A stretch of DNA of 64,000 nt, from positions 124,001 through 188,000 of the forward strand of contig JAUCBJ010006695.1 in assembly GCA_032718475.1 (NCBI GenBank), read 5' to 3'. Under the pieces are notes generated by a model. That model was not told the origin of the DNA, did no database searches, and saw only the letters and a program-made list of their open reading frames with translations. Below, in pieces: positions 25,801 through 38,723 of the stretch (the first letter of the stretch is position 1; each line of letters begins with the position of its first letter). The position numbers were made by a program, and so were the translations under genes. Source of the DNA: Nemertoderma westbladi. Taxonomy: Eukaryota; Animalia; Xenacoelomorpha.

Positions 25801-28800
25801 TCAGTTGTCATTCGCAGTGGTTCGCACCATGGAGCAGGCATTGGAAGGGCTTGATATGATCCCAAAAGCCTGGATGGTCATCCAGTACTCTACCGGTTTC
25901 TGGTTGAGGTCTCCTTCAGGCCACCACAGAAATCTCAGGCTATCTCTATCTCTATCCAGCGCCTTGACTTGTAAGAACATTCCTTCGATATCAGAGGCGA
26001 ACGCGATGGAATATTGTCTTAATCTTAATAGTATTCCCAACAAAGATTGGAGTAAGTTGGGTCCTGGTAACAACTCGGAATTGAGGGATTGGCCCATATA
26101 TAGAGCAGAGCCATCAAATACGACTCGTACTTCATGGGGTTTACCGGGTTTGGGAACGTAATGATGTGTTAAATAATACGTTCTCTCAGTCACTGGTGTT
26201 CCTTCCGGTACTCGCTCCGCGTATCCCTTTGTTATAAATTTCTTCAGCTGAGTTTGGTACATTTCTTTCGCTGAAGCATTAGCTGTAAGTCGTCGATATA
26301 ATTGAGCGATTCTTTTCTCTGCCAAGGGTCTGTTATTTATAAATCTAGGTTCTCGTTTTCGAAATGGTAGGCCGATTTCATACCTACCTTGGTCCTTTAA
26401 AAAACGTGTAGTTGTTTCCTGGATTTGCTTGGCTCTTTCTTCTTCTATCGATAGAGCCTTATCTTATGAATTGGGCTCTACCAGTTCCTGAGTAAAGAAT
26501 CGTACAGCTAGTTCGTCCCGAGTTCTAGCGTTGTAGCGCTCTATCTCATCGTTTAGTTCGTCATTGTAAGCGATGGGTTCCGATGGGTGAATCAGTTGAC
26601 ATAGGTTCACCTGACTTTTCCAATTTTGGTTTTCTGTAAGTAGGTCGATTGTGTTCTCTTCATCGAAGAGTTGGTAGATGTCGTCATTATCTGAGGAGTA
26701 TGGTGTTCCCTCAGTTAGTTCGTCCACCTCACTGCTCTCCACTTCCCAATCGTGTACTTGGTATGTGGGTTCTTGTGGCATTCTCTCTTCGAGAGTCCTG
26801 CGGGAAGGGCCAGTAAAGTACCAACCTACTCTAGTTCTTACTGCATAGGTTTGCAGTGGCTGTGGTTGAGCAGGCCGTTTCTCCAATGTTTCAAGCGCCT
26901 CATGCGCGTTCTGGCCGATGAGGATTTGCACTCCAGGATAATCTGTCTGGAATCGAGGTATCTCAAGATGTTGGATGCTCTCATCCTCGTCCCAATTATA
27001 AAGGTCTGCTTGAGTAGTAGCGAAGTTCTTTATAGCCACCATTTTTACCGACCTTATACCTTGTGTTCCTAACTTATCCTGGGGGGTGGACAACACACCT
27101 ACATAGTAATCTGCCGTTAAGGTAGATTTCCAAACCTGCATAATTCCTGACATATTCAATTTAGTCCGGAATTTGGGTTGTCCAGCAAAGATATCCTCGG
27201 CTAATTCTTGATCGATGAATGTTCCTGTGCTGCCAGAGTCAAGGAGGGCGTTCACTATGTAACTTTTATTAAGACCATGAACTCTTACCTGCACCACAGG
27301 AAATTCTCTGATTCCTACGTTGGAAGTTGGAGCTTTCCAAGATGGTTGTTTGGCAAAAGTAGTTGGGGGAAACTCATCGTTGGTGACCTTTTCATAAGTA
27401 AGTGCTCGATACACTGCGGTATTGATTAGATAACAGGATTCGTTGGCGTCGGAGAATTCGTCAGTATAGAATCCTTCCATCTCAGACTCCTGATCAGTGT
27501 CATTTACATCACTGAATTGGACATGTAGTTCGGGCTCACTTACCTGACTCTGTTTGTCTCGTTCGAACTCACTGTGTAACAAGATGTGATGTTTCGCGCC
27601 ACACTTTGCACACTTTATGTCGGAGTAACAGGTTCGCCGTTGGTGTCCTGGTCTGAGGCAATTATAGCATAACCGCTTGTCCCACACAACTGCACGTCTG
27701 TCTACAAGGGATTTCTTTAGAAATTCAGCACACGTACTCAAACGGTGGGTCCCGTCGCACAGCGCACAGTTAGGTTTTATGTTACTCACTTTACCTTGGG
27801 TAACTTGATGCACTCTCGTTCTTTCTTCGGGTTTTCTTCGGTGCATTCTGTTAGGAGACTGAGGAGGGGTCTTGGCAACCTGTTCTCTCCTATCGTTGTT
27901 TCGAGCCTTGTATTTACTTACATCTTTTGAGGTTTTGTCGACGTAGTAAGATCGCTCAGTATCTTTCCCGCTGTCCTCTTCTTGAGAAACTTGGCTTTCG
28001 CCGTCGTCAGTGTAACACACCGGTGTTATTCTTCTCCTAGAAGCGGGTTTCTCACTTACCTTATTTTCCGATGTTTTCTCTCTGGACTGCTTGATGAGTT
28101 GTAGTTTTACCTCACCATCTAAGAAGGACATGAGATCAGCCATGGTAGGACTTCGTCGTTGTTGTTCATTCATGTACAACACTTTCTTGTCCCAGCGTGT
28201 ACATACTCCACCCTTTGGTAAAGTAGAGACTACGGCTCCAATAACCATTGAACTCTGATATTCATGAGACTTACCCAACCAGTCCAATTGTCTACAGATC
28301 TCCTGAATTTCATCGGAAAACTCTATAATCCCGCTACTAAGGAAGTGTCGGGGGGCTACTAATTTTGCATACAAATACTTAGCTATGTTATCCTTGTTAC
28401 CATACCTGATGTTTAATGTATCCCATACTTGTCTTAATCCTTCTGGATGTCCAATAAACTTTAACGCCATTAACTTGGGAGGTCCTTCCAAGCACTTGAT
28501 GAGGAACCTAAGTTTCTCTCCGTTAGATAGCACAGAGTTCTGTATGCTGTCTTTGTAATATTCGTTGAAAGGTAACCATTTCATCTCATCTCCATTGAAT
28601 TTGACGATCTCTCCCACTTTGACCGCTTGGCGGGCTTCTGTTCTAGCCATCTGCCGCGTAAAGCTTTCTTGGGCCATCGTGTTATTTAATATCGAATTAT
28701 CGGTATATAAATTTCTCGGATCAGTATCAGGTCTATAGGGAATATCATTAATAACAGGTCTATAATCACCCTTAATAGGGTTTGCTATAGGAGTTTCTAC

Positions 28801-30891
28801 TTCACTAGCAGTATAGATGCGTGTAGGTTCCACACCTTGCGCATGTAAGACTTCAGACCTAACAGGTTGACACAATGTTACAGGGGGTATTGGTATTCCC
28901 TTTTGTATATTGACTAATTTGTCGCGTTCTAGCGCGATACTTTGCTGCACTTCTTGCAATTCGGCCCTACTTTCCCTTACTGTTCCCTTAAGCTGGTGGA
29001 CAGTCTCCTGCATCTGTCCGAGCAGGAGATTCATCCCCCGCCGTCCCTCCTCTACCCACTCAACCGCCGAAGCGGGAGTCGCCAACATTGTAGCGGGCTG
29101 ACGTGGGATGACGGGAGACAAATCTTTGATTTCTCTCTCAGCTTCCAGGACAGGAATGTTCTCATGGACTGTTCTACCGGGTACAGGCAGTGTAGTACTG
29201 TGTAAAGGGAACTTAGAGTTAAGCTCTGGAAGTACAGGGGTCTCTAGCACAGGTGTGACTTTGGGAACGACAGGCCTAATTATTTCAGGCTCATCAACTA
29301 TTGTAGGGAGTCTTTTGACCTGAATAGTTTGGTATATGGGTTCCGTACTCGCTAAGTCTGTGCTAGCTAATTGTCTTCTAACAGCTGGGGGCAAATCAGG
29401 CAATTTGTGACGATGAGATGTTTTTCTACGCCTGCTTAGACGAGATCTATTTCCTCCGCCTTCAGGATCGGTGGTTTCACTTTCTTCCGAGGATGTGTAT
29501 CCCTGGCGTTTGGGAGTAGATTTTCTCATCATCTGCATGTGACTAGCAGTTAACTGTTTATTTATGTTGTCTTGCGTCTCTTGCAGATTTTCCAACTCCA
29601 GTTGGGTAGTCTGCTCAAACGCTCTCCGTTCTGCTTCTGCCACTGCTCTTTCCGCCTTTGCTTCTGCCGCCGCTGCTTTTCTTTCTACTTCTGCTTCTGC
29701 CGTAGCCGCCGCCTTTTGTTCCTCTATCCGTCTTTTCTTTACTTTTTCTTCTTGGACTCTAGCGAGGCGGAGTTTTTCATCAAATTCTGCTTGGTTAGCA
29801 GCTAACATTTCAGCATCGATTGAATCTAACACACGCTGGGTTCCTTCACTATTGGGGGAAAGTCCAGACAGCCGTCTCCTCAATTCTTCGTCTCCTAGGA
29901 ATCGCTGATAGTCGGACAGATAAATGTCTATGGCGTCTCTCGCTCGTGGTTTCTCTGAGGTCTCTTCGCCTTCCACTTGAGAAAGGGTGGCATCGGTTGG
30001 TTCTTCATAAGTTAGTCTCTCAGACAGCTGTGATTTCCACTGGTCTGTTTCTTGGATTTGGAGACCTATCCGCTGGAACTAAGTTTTGACAGCAACCTGC
30101 AGTGACGTGTCCTGTCTTCTTTTGGAAGTTTCCTCAAAAGCTGATAGGATTAGTCGAATGCGTAGGGTTCTTTCGCGTACTTGATATAGCAGTTCTTCCT
30201 GCTCTTGAGGTCCTTGGGGTTGTCGAAACAGTTGTTCTTCTAATCTCTCTAAGGAGCCGAAGAATCCCTGCACATATCCTGCTGCCGACCTCTTCCAAAC
30301 AGCTGGATCCATCGTATCTTTTGCCACTCCCATCCTGTGTATATCTTCCCAAGTAGCCTCGGACAGATCCAACGGGAGTCCGGGTCCGGGAAAGTTCCAT
30401 TGTGACTCGACAATAGACATCAATTCTTCCCTGGCGTATCCCGCATAATTATCTTGGGTCGCTCGCTTATTTCTCGCCCAATCTGCTTGATGTTCCTCCA
30501 CCGCAATCAATATAGTTGTTAGCACTGCGGCAGGAAGGGTGAGAAGGGGGTCCGAGTAGGCTTTAGACGTCATCTGCAATCCACGTTCGGGGGTCAGTTC
30601 GACAGTATCCGAACTACTGGAGCTATCTGATCGCTGGGAACAAGTTTCTTGACTAGGCTGTTGCTGCTGTGGGACAGCTGCTTCCTGGTTCCGTTTGACT
30701 TGAGCCCGAGTGCCGATGATGGACCTACGGTGTTGGATTAGCTTAGGGTCCGATATCACTACTGGAGGGATGACTTTTCTTTCAGTAGGAGGTGAGCTGA
30801 ACTCCTTTCTTAATCGCTCAACACTCCTATCTGTGTCACAGATGGTTGTATCGATTAGGCTGTCTGACAGGGTTTGCTGAGTGTCAGACAT
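22869..30891 (-). pseudogene. BEL/Pao gag-pol of element A, disrupted by 4 in-frame stops and 1 frameshift
   Basis: Gag FNGDEMKW and three Cys/His fingers, PR ALLDSGS, RT YMDD, RH LHVFGDAS, IN GVDLFGP/SDKGTNF/WERL, C-terminal LTPAHFL. Stops at 30079 (TAG), 26464 (TAA), 25801 (TGA) and 23574 (TGA). Extra base near 25430. Confidence 0.93.
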
Positions 30892-33041
30892 GTTTAGCTA
30901 TACAGTTGAATGCTTACTGCTATAGTTACAGTTAAAGCAAGTCTGGTAATTCAGTATGACCGTTGGCCTAGTACCGGTAATTTATTGCAGTATATTAGAA
31001 TACCGGTATGCGCTTATAATATATATATAAGTATTGTAAACTAGGTTTGTCACAGAGTACCGGTATATAATTTTAGCACAAATATATATAAATATATAAT
31101 AGGCCTATCGTGAATACCGGTATACAGCTTACACTTATAGTATATATAAGTATAATTATGAACTAGAATTATTACAGAATACCGGTATGATTTCAGCTCA
31201 AATTTATAGAAATAAATATAATAAGCCTATGATAAATACCGGTATGTCAATTATTTTAGAATAATTGATTTTCTGAATATTTAGGGTTACTTGGTTACTT
31301 CAACTTACCTTATTACCGTTATTTAAGCAGTAGTCCAACTGAATTTTAGACCTAGTTGTTGTATGGCAGGCCTACTATTTATAAATCGTTTGAATTGATT
31401 TATAATAGATATATACCCGTTTAAAATGGGTTTTGTCAATATCTGAAATAAATGTTATTATTTCTGGGGGTCACTACACAGAAGCTGTGCGCTCTCAGTG
31501 AAGTGCTATTTATTGGACACTAAAACTGATAATTCTAATTTACCTAAGTTACTTAATACTACAAATTACTTACGATACGGGTGAGATTAAATCTCTAGTT
31601 AAACACAACAAAAAATTATTACGTACGAATTTTTTAGGGTAATTTTACAAGAAGTCTACAAACCAGTCTAACAAAGGGTTAGAATTCTGGTTATTACAAC
31701 GGACAGGGTACTACGGTATTTGAAAATAATAAGTAGTAGTAAATACACTGCGCTGTCCAGATAGGAAAATACCACCGCCTGACGACCTATAGCCGTATCG
31801 CTATAGGTACTACGTTATGTATCACGGAGTGTTCCTACCTGGAAGTTAATTACCGCGGACTACCAGATCCAGCGTGCCTATTAACCACTTTACAACACAA
31901 ATATACTGCCTACACACTAATTACTTTCGGAAAGCACTGTACACTAAACCCTAAATTAGGTACAAGTACTGGTACAACAAATAATCAGTAGTTAAATATA
32001 CTTGAACAGTTAAAAGAACCACGGCATCTGCTGGAGTGACCAGAGCACAAAGTCACCAGTCTTGTCCTACACCAAGCAGCCCGTGTAGTACCGGGGTTAA
32101 TTTAACTATAACTGTATGTGTAACAAACACAATTACTGTAGGAATGAACTTGGGGACATGAATGTTGCGAATAATCGCATAAACTCTGAATAATAAATAT
32201 TACGCTACCCGTACAGAATACTCAAACTAATACAAACCAAAACGCTGGCAGACTACCACCAAGCCTAAATAAACTACTGTATGTGCAGATTCCAAAACGG
32301 TTAGTTAGTATGCGTTCTAACACGGTAGTACGACTTATTCTTTAAGAGGGGATTGACCTTACAGTTATGACTGCCCCAACTTACTAACTGGCACTTTATC
32401 AGACAAACTCTACACAAGCAGCAATCTCTTCAGACCTAATAATAGCTAGACAACAGTCCAGCCTACAAAATATCTGAGTAATAACTATTACGGTACCTGA
32501 ACAGACCACACAAACAAACACAAGCCAAAACGCTGGCAGAATACTGTCAAGCCTAAATAAACTACAGTATGTGCAGATTCCAAAATTGTTAGTTAGTATG
32601 CGTTCTAACACGGTAGTACGACTTATTCTTTAAGAGGGGATTGACCTTACAGCAATGGCTGCCCCAACTTACTAACTGGCACTCTATCGGACAAACTCCA
32701 CACACGCCGTAATCTCTCCAAACCCAACAACAATCTGACAACAGTCCGGCCTACAATTATCTGAACAATCTGAGCAGACTTACACGTCTTCAGCTCAATA
32801 TTAACTTACATGTAAATAAAACCGACAGAAATAAGTAAAATCTCAATAAAAAACCAGGGCTGCAGTCCCTGATTAAATACTAAGACCTACCGGTATACAA
32901 TAATCAAAATCGAATAATACTAATGTACTTGTACTGGAAGTACCGGTTGGGACAGTTGGGCCTACTGACCTACAGAAGTACCGGTTCAGGTTTACCGGTC
33001 GACCGGTACTTTCAACTTTATTGCTTACTGCAATAAAGTCA

Positions 33042-33052
33042 ATGACTGTTAT
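33042..33052 (-). other. Non-tRNA primer-binding site ATAACAGTCAT, complementary to LTR 33823-33833
   Basis: Abuts the CA end of the 5' LTR, has no TGG, and has a perfect 11-nt complement inside the LTR. Confidence 0.75.
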
Positions 33053-34333
33053 TGTACGCGCTTTTGAAGACCTTTAGCAGTTTAACCTGCCAAAATTTAT
33101 ATGTCTTTTGGTTTATAAATATACTTTAGAAGAAGACAAATATTTTATACCAATAAACACAACATTAGCAGAAGCCAGCCTAGTGCGCGTCCATTCACCC
33201 GCTGGATAATCCCGGGAGACTGGATTCTGTCGGCTTAAATTATTATTGCAGTGAAGCTTACGGTATTGTATTATTCGATTGATCGTTAATAATTAATTTC
33301 TGACTAATATTATTTACTTTCGGGAAATATTAACAGTTCCTTTAGGACGTGGCGCTCTATCTAGGTAAACAGAGATATGACTTATACTAATCACAACGGT
33401 AAGTCGGTAAGGCTTAAGATTCACGTATGAGGCGCATTCTTTAGGAAATGCTTAGTTATCAATCACAATCATGCACACTACCGGTAACACACAATACTGC
33501 TCACTAATTTGCCGACAGTCAATGAATTTTATCATATATAAAGAGAATAGCAACGGACCAATGTAGTGCTTATCAAATAGCATTAAATTCACTACAAACC
33601 ACAATAATATAAGTCGCAATCGCTATATATAACCCGTCTCTCTAACCTGTAGTGTATCAAGAAAATTGGGAAATTTGGGTTCTTTATATATGTTCTCCAA
33701 ATAATATTCAACCAAACACAATAGTAAACAGCAGTATAATAATGTATATTGAACCGATAATATAAAAACAGAAACCAGTTGATATGAATTGAATTGCATT
33801 GAAGTGATAAGAATTGTTGTTGATAACAGTCATACGCTCTATAATTTTAGCCTACTAATGTTTCTTATAAAAGTATGAAACGAATTGATTCTAGAGCCGT
33901 TGTTCCTGGCCTAGACAGCAATAACAACAAAGTATCAAGAAAAAACTGTAAGACTGAACACACTCCTTATGATCGACCGAAAAGCTACACGTCGACAGGA
34001 AAAATCTCTCTGATTGGTTCAAGCCAAACAAAGAACCATGCGTCCAATGGCTGTTTCCATGTCAGCAACCAGCTGTTAGATGTCGTAATATGAATCATCA
34101 CGGCTAAGCTATGAAGGGTATTTGTCACATTGCAGGTTTTTTGTCTTACCATGTCCGCTAAAACACGTATATAGCAGAATGACTTTTATGTCCGTTAAAA
34201 CACCTGTAACGGTACCTTGAGGGCGAGGGGAATATTTATACAGTTAGAGAACCTTTTTAGAGTATTCCAGCGCCTGGGGGGAAACTGGATTGCGAAGCAA
34301 AGGGGCCAGTTATATCCCACAGAAGCTTTTACA
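33053..34333 (-). repeat. 5' LTR of element A
   Basis: Direct repeat of 15635-16915 with TG...CA ends. Confidence 0.97.
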
Positions 34334-35859
34334 CTATTTGAAATAATTTTGATAAAGCCATAGGCTATTTTGGACACAATCAACCTATATGGGAGACAAA
34401 CATCCTATATGGGACTCTAACAACCTATTTGAGGCAAATTTAAGACTTATTAAGGACTATTTCGGATGAAGTTGAGTCTGGGGGAGGAGGGTGCGATAAC
34501 ACTAATTTGATTGTCATTTAATTATTATTATACGAATGTATTTAGATTTATTATAAATGAATAAATTGCACCACATGAATAAATTGCACATGAAAAATTG
34601 CACAACATGTATAAATTGTACAACATGAAATGAAATAATGTGACTATGATGACACTATAGCCTATAATGCATCACAGTCTTACAGGCATTTGCAAGGCAC
34701 CTACAGTATATCTTTAACTTTAATTTTCCATTAACCTTTACATTATATAGCCAATAAGGGAGATGCCTAACTTTAGGAATGGTACAAAAGTAAGGGGGGT
34801 GGGGTCTTTCTTTTGTACCCGTTTTGTACCAGGGGTTGGTATTGGTCCGATGATGAGGAGTTGGCTCATATGATGATTTGATTGGATGCCCCTATCTGGA
34901 CAGGTTGGAAATCATTACACAACGTATTTGGGACAGGTAGGAATAATAGAAAGCCCTATAGAAGTGAAGGGAAACACCCTATTCTGGACAATGATGTAGA
35001 TACTATTGATGCAGACTGTATAACAGAACGTGTATATTACATTAGGTACCGTACTTACAGCATGCATGTACATTACCTGTAAACTCTGAAACTCAATAAT
35101 TGGAGATAATAGCGAGTCTTCAGTCATCATATTGAAATTTCATTTTGCTGTAATTTTGTCCTAATCATGGATTATCTTTATTTGTGTCATCTGTGTGTGT
35201 ATGTATGACTTTTGAGATATATTTTTATTGCAGATAGGGGGGAAACTGGACGCAATAAAAATTAATCCCTCTCCAGGGGAAATTCGACGCAAATAACAGA
35301 TGATTACTCTCAAAAATAAAACTGTAACATGTTCTATTGTGTTTAGTTTATTATTGTTTTGGTTAAACTAATTTGCCATTATTTGCCACTAACCTGCACC
35401 TTTCCCTAAATTGAGAATTTAACATTGAGGCGGGATATTAATTCACCAAGGTGGGTTTTGCGTTGAGTTCCCCCCTTTCTCTTTTATTGATACTGGTGTA
35501 ATTAAACTAAACTAAATGTGGAAGGTATGTAGGCAAATACGCTGGATCGGCGAATTTTCCACAATGTACGCGGAAGATACCGGAACATTTTAAAATTGTT
35601 TATTCACTTTAATTCAGTAGTGCGTACCATGCGCTGCAACTGCACGCCACAAGAACAATGACAAGGTGAGATGTTAAGGCCTACAGTACAATAACAGACA
35701 GCCTACCGGTACCAGGCAGAGAGGAGCCAGGAGCAACAGAGTAGCAAGCAACCCAGAATGCTTCAGTAGAAATGGAAACTGATCTTGCATCAGCAGTTGG
35801 CCTACACCAAGTGTATGTCGCAATTTCATGTACGCTGGATTACAATGCGAAATGAAAAA

Positions 35860-36340
35860 CTAGAGGGAGCCCAAAGGCTCCTCTGCTCATTGGAGCAGGT
35901 TGCTTTTGTAGTGTTGCTCTTTTTGTAAATTCCAAGAAGACCAAAATCATGACAGTCAACCTAGACAGCCCTCAAGAAAGTAGTACCAGTACTCTTATAT
36001 GGGAGTCCTTATATGGGCTCTAACTGCAGAGATACCAAATCTCTGGATGGCACTTTCATAAGAATGCTGCGCCGGGTTCATTATGTCAAGTACAATGAAC
36101 ACATCTCCAATCAGACTCTATACAACATTGGAGGTGTTCCATTAATCTCCCCTAGCTTAACACTTGAATGGAACCACCTCCGTGTTGCAGGTCATTGCTT
36201 TCACCATGAGGACCATAGTCAGTGCATAATCTTGTGCTTTGGCGCCCTCATGGAGCGAATAAGCATGGTGGACAGCCCATGGCTTTCTTGAGATGCATCT
36301 TAAAGGACACTGGCCTTGAAAATGCGGATGACCTAGCAAA
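35860..36340 (+). pseudogene. RTE-like LINE RT fragments
   Basis: VPVLLYGS..., DTKSLDGTFIRMLRRV and LRVAGHC. Same family as 9040-9320. Confidence 0.7.
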
Positions 36341-36499
36341 TGTCATGATAATATATATATAATGCAACTGCAATGCTGCATGCCGATCGTAGTAGTAGTA
36401 GTAGTTGTACAAATATATATATGTGAACTTCAAGTTCTTGTAAGAATTCACTCTAAATATCCATTATACCGTATTATATTATTATATGAATATTCGAAT

Positions 36500-36700
36500 A
36501 TTATATGAGTACCAGTAATATATTTCTCATACTACTCATATGATTATATGAGTAGTATATTTCTCATACTACTCATATGATTATATGAGTAGTATATTTC
36601 TCATACTACTCTTGATTTTATGTATATTTCTCATACTACTCATATGATTATATGAGTAGTATATTTCTATTACTACTCATATGATTATATGAGTAGTATA
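36500..36700. repeat. 37-bp tandem repeat with an internal hairpin
   Basis: TATTTCTCATACTACTCATATGATTATATGAGTAGTA, about 5 copies, no spacers. Confidence 0.85.
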
Positions 36701-37250
36701 TTCACCTTCCACAGCTTTTTCTCTAATGCGAACATGAACACCCAATTGAGCTGCGAAAACTATTAAGAACCCTTTTTGTAACACAGTAGTAATGACTCGA
36801 AAAACACACAAATATTATCTGATGGTTAGTTACAACAAGGGTTAGTTACAACAAGCGTAAACACAATACTTAGTTCAATTTCAAATTTCAAATTTTAATT
36901 TTATTTTCCTTTTAACAATTTCCTAGATTGCATACAATCTGGTGATGGTGATGACGGAGTAGCAGACAATAGCGTAACTAGTGTTACTTTAGTTCTTCTG
37001 ACATTCTAGAGGAGATCATACAGGCGACGTGTAGCAGATCTTGATCTTCATATGCTGGATGAAGTCTCCATGAATGCTATTGGAGTTGCAATTAAGAATT
37101 AACTAACCCAAAGGGAATTATTAAAATTACATCTGTAATCATATAATCAATCAATGACAATATTCAAAATTCTTTCTTATGTAGAAATTTGTATTCATTG
37201 ATCAACTAATCCTGTGTAGTTATTTCGTATGGTGTAGTATATAGTGCACA

Positions 37251-38723
37251 ATGGATATTATCGCCATTTTAATATTCTTTATTGCCTCGATTTCAAGCTA
37301 TATATGTTATTATCATTTTACTAAAAACACCTTAGGAAACCGCAGACCCCCATCACCAAGTGGTGTGCCAATCCTGGGCAATTTGATCAGTGCATGGAGG
37401 TCCAAACATTCACTGGTTATGACTTATTGGAAGTGGAGTAAAGAATTATCCTCCAATGTTATTCGGGTGCGTGTCCCAGGCCAAAATATAATAGTACTGA
37501 ATTCCCTGCCAGTGATTCGACAAGCATATATCGAGAAAAGCAATCTGCTCTCTGGGCGCACAAGTCTCATCACTGAAAGAGGAATTTTATTGTCCACAGG
37601 ACCTATATGGTACCATCAAAGGAAGTTATTCATGTCAGTTATGCGACAATTCTATCTTGGGAAAATATCATTCGAGCAACGTGTTGCGGAAGAAGCGACC
37701 TACCTTTGCCATTGGATGGCGGACCAAGAAGGTTCTCCCTTTGACCCCTTTATGATGTTCAGCAAATCAGTTTCTAATATCATCAGTGGAATTGTATTTG
37801 GAAATCGTTTCGAATATGATGATCCTGAGTTTATATATCTCCTACAACTGGTACACCAATCAGTTCGTATTTTCGTATTGCTCTATGCTCTTCCAAAGTT
37901 CATTGTTGATGCCTTGGTTGGTGACAATGCCAATCCCCACAAACTGTTTGCAAACATGGCTCAAGTTTGTCAGAAACATATAGTTCATCATTGGGAGACC
38001 ATCGATTATTCCTCCACTCCCAGGGATTACATAGATGCGCATCTCATGGAAGAGAAGAAGTATTTAAATTCTCTAGATACCAAAACCGCTGACTACTACA
38101 ATGATTTGAATCTTTCCGAATCAATTAGAGACCTCTTCCTTGCAGGCAGTGAGACCACAAGTAGCGCACTCTACTGGTTCATACTAATTCTAGCCAGTCA
38201 TCCTGATGTTCAGAGTAAATGTCAAGGTCTCCTAGATTCCGAGGTTGGCAGAGACCGACTTCCAAATCTCACCGACCTCTCCAAATTACCATATTACGAA
38301 GCTTGTCTACTGGAGGTTCTTCGATATGGGGTTATCCTGCCCTCGGATATCAGTCGTAAAGTCCCACGTGATGTGACTATCGATTCTTTCACTATCCTGC
38401 CTAGTGATGTGGTCTTGATGAATATATGGGCCCTGCTGAGAGACCCTGCTGTCTGGGCCAGGCCTACAGAATTCTACCCAGAACATTTCCTGACAGCAGA
38501 TGGGTCGGCGGTGATCAAACCCGATCACTTCCTTCCATTTGGAGTTGGGGCGAGGTCTTGTGCTGGTCAGCGATTGGCTATCATGGAGTTTCGGATATTT
38601 AGTAGCCATTTGATCCACTCGTTCACTTTTGTGGGAGAGGGAGAACTTCAATTGGGGGAAGTAGAACATGGTGGAACACGAATTCCTAAATCTTATAAAA
38701 TTCGTGCTAATTTGAGGTTCTAA
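37251..38723 (+). CDS. Cytochrome P450, clan 2-like, single coding exon (490 aa)
   Basis: N-terminal TM helix, PPSP hinge, WxxxR, AGSETTS I-helix, EVLR, PEHF and heme motif FGVGARSCAG. Confidence 0.95.
   Translation: MDIIAILIFFIASISSYICYYHFTKNTLGNRRPPSPSGVPILGNLISAWRSKHSLVMTYWKWSKELSSNVIRVRVPGQNIIVLNSLPVIRQAYIEKSNLLSGRTSLITERGILLSTGPIWYHQRKLFMSVMRQFYLGKISFEQRVAEEATYLCHWMADQEGSPFDPFMMFSKSVSNIISGIVFGNRFEYDDPEFIYLLQLVHQSVRIFVLLYALPKFIVDALVGDNANPHKLFANMAQVCQKHIVHHWETIDYSSTPRDYIDAHLMEEKKYLNSLDTKTADYYNDLNLSESIRDLFLAGSETTSSALYWFILILASHPDVQSKCQGLLDSEVGRDRLPNLTDLSKLPYYEACLLEVLRYGVILPSDISRKVPRDVTIDSFTILPSDVVLMNIWALLRDPAVWARPTEFYPEHFLTADGSAVIKPDHFLPFGVGARSCAGQRLAIMEFRIFSSHLIHSFTFVGEGELQLGEVEHGGTRIPKSYKIRANLRF

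Larger units (their letters stand above)
15635..34333 (-). mobile_element. Full-length BEL/Pao LTR retrotransposon A (18.7 kb) with an extra ORF3
   Basis: TG...CA LTRs of 1281 bp and a CTATT TSD (15630-15634, 34334-34338). Domain order gag-PR-RT-RH-IN with BEL motifs. Confidence 0.97.
13864..35005. mobile_element. ~2.4-kb palindromic foldback/MITE element split by insertion of BEL element A (parts 13864-15634 and 34334-35005)
   Basis: 13864-14650 is the reverse complement of 34334-35005. The internal symmetry centre is near 15120. Repeated GTCCCATATAGGGTGTTT motifs. The sequence joins seamlessly across the CTATT TSD. Confidence 0.85.

Noticed and set aside
23574-30081. Alternative genetic code or programmed readthrough explaining the in-frame stops of element A
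   Set aside because: All three stop codons are involved, a frameshift is also present, and other long ORFs end normally at TAA. Readthrough of the single TAG at 30079 cannot be fully excluded.
36500-36700. 37-bp palindromic repeat resembling a CRISPR repeat
   Set aside because: The units are contiguous with no unique spacers, there are no cas genes, and the context is eukaryotic.
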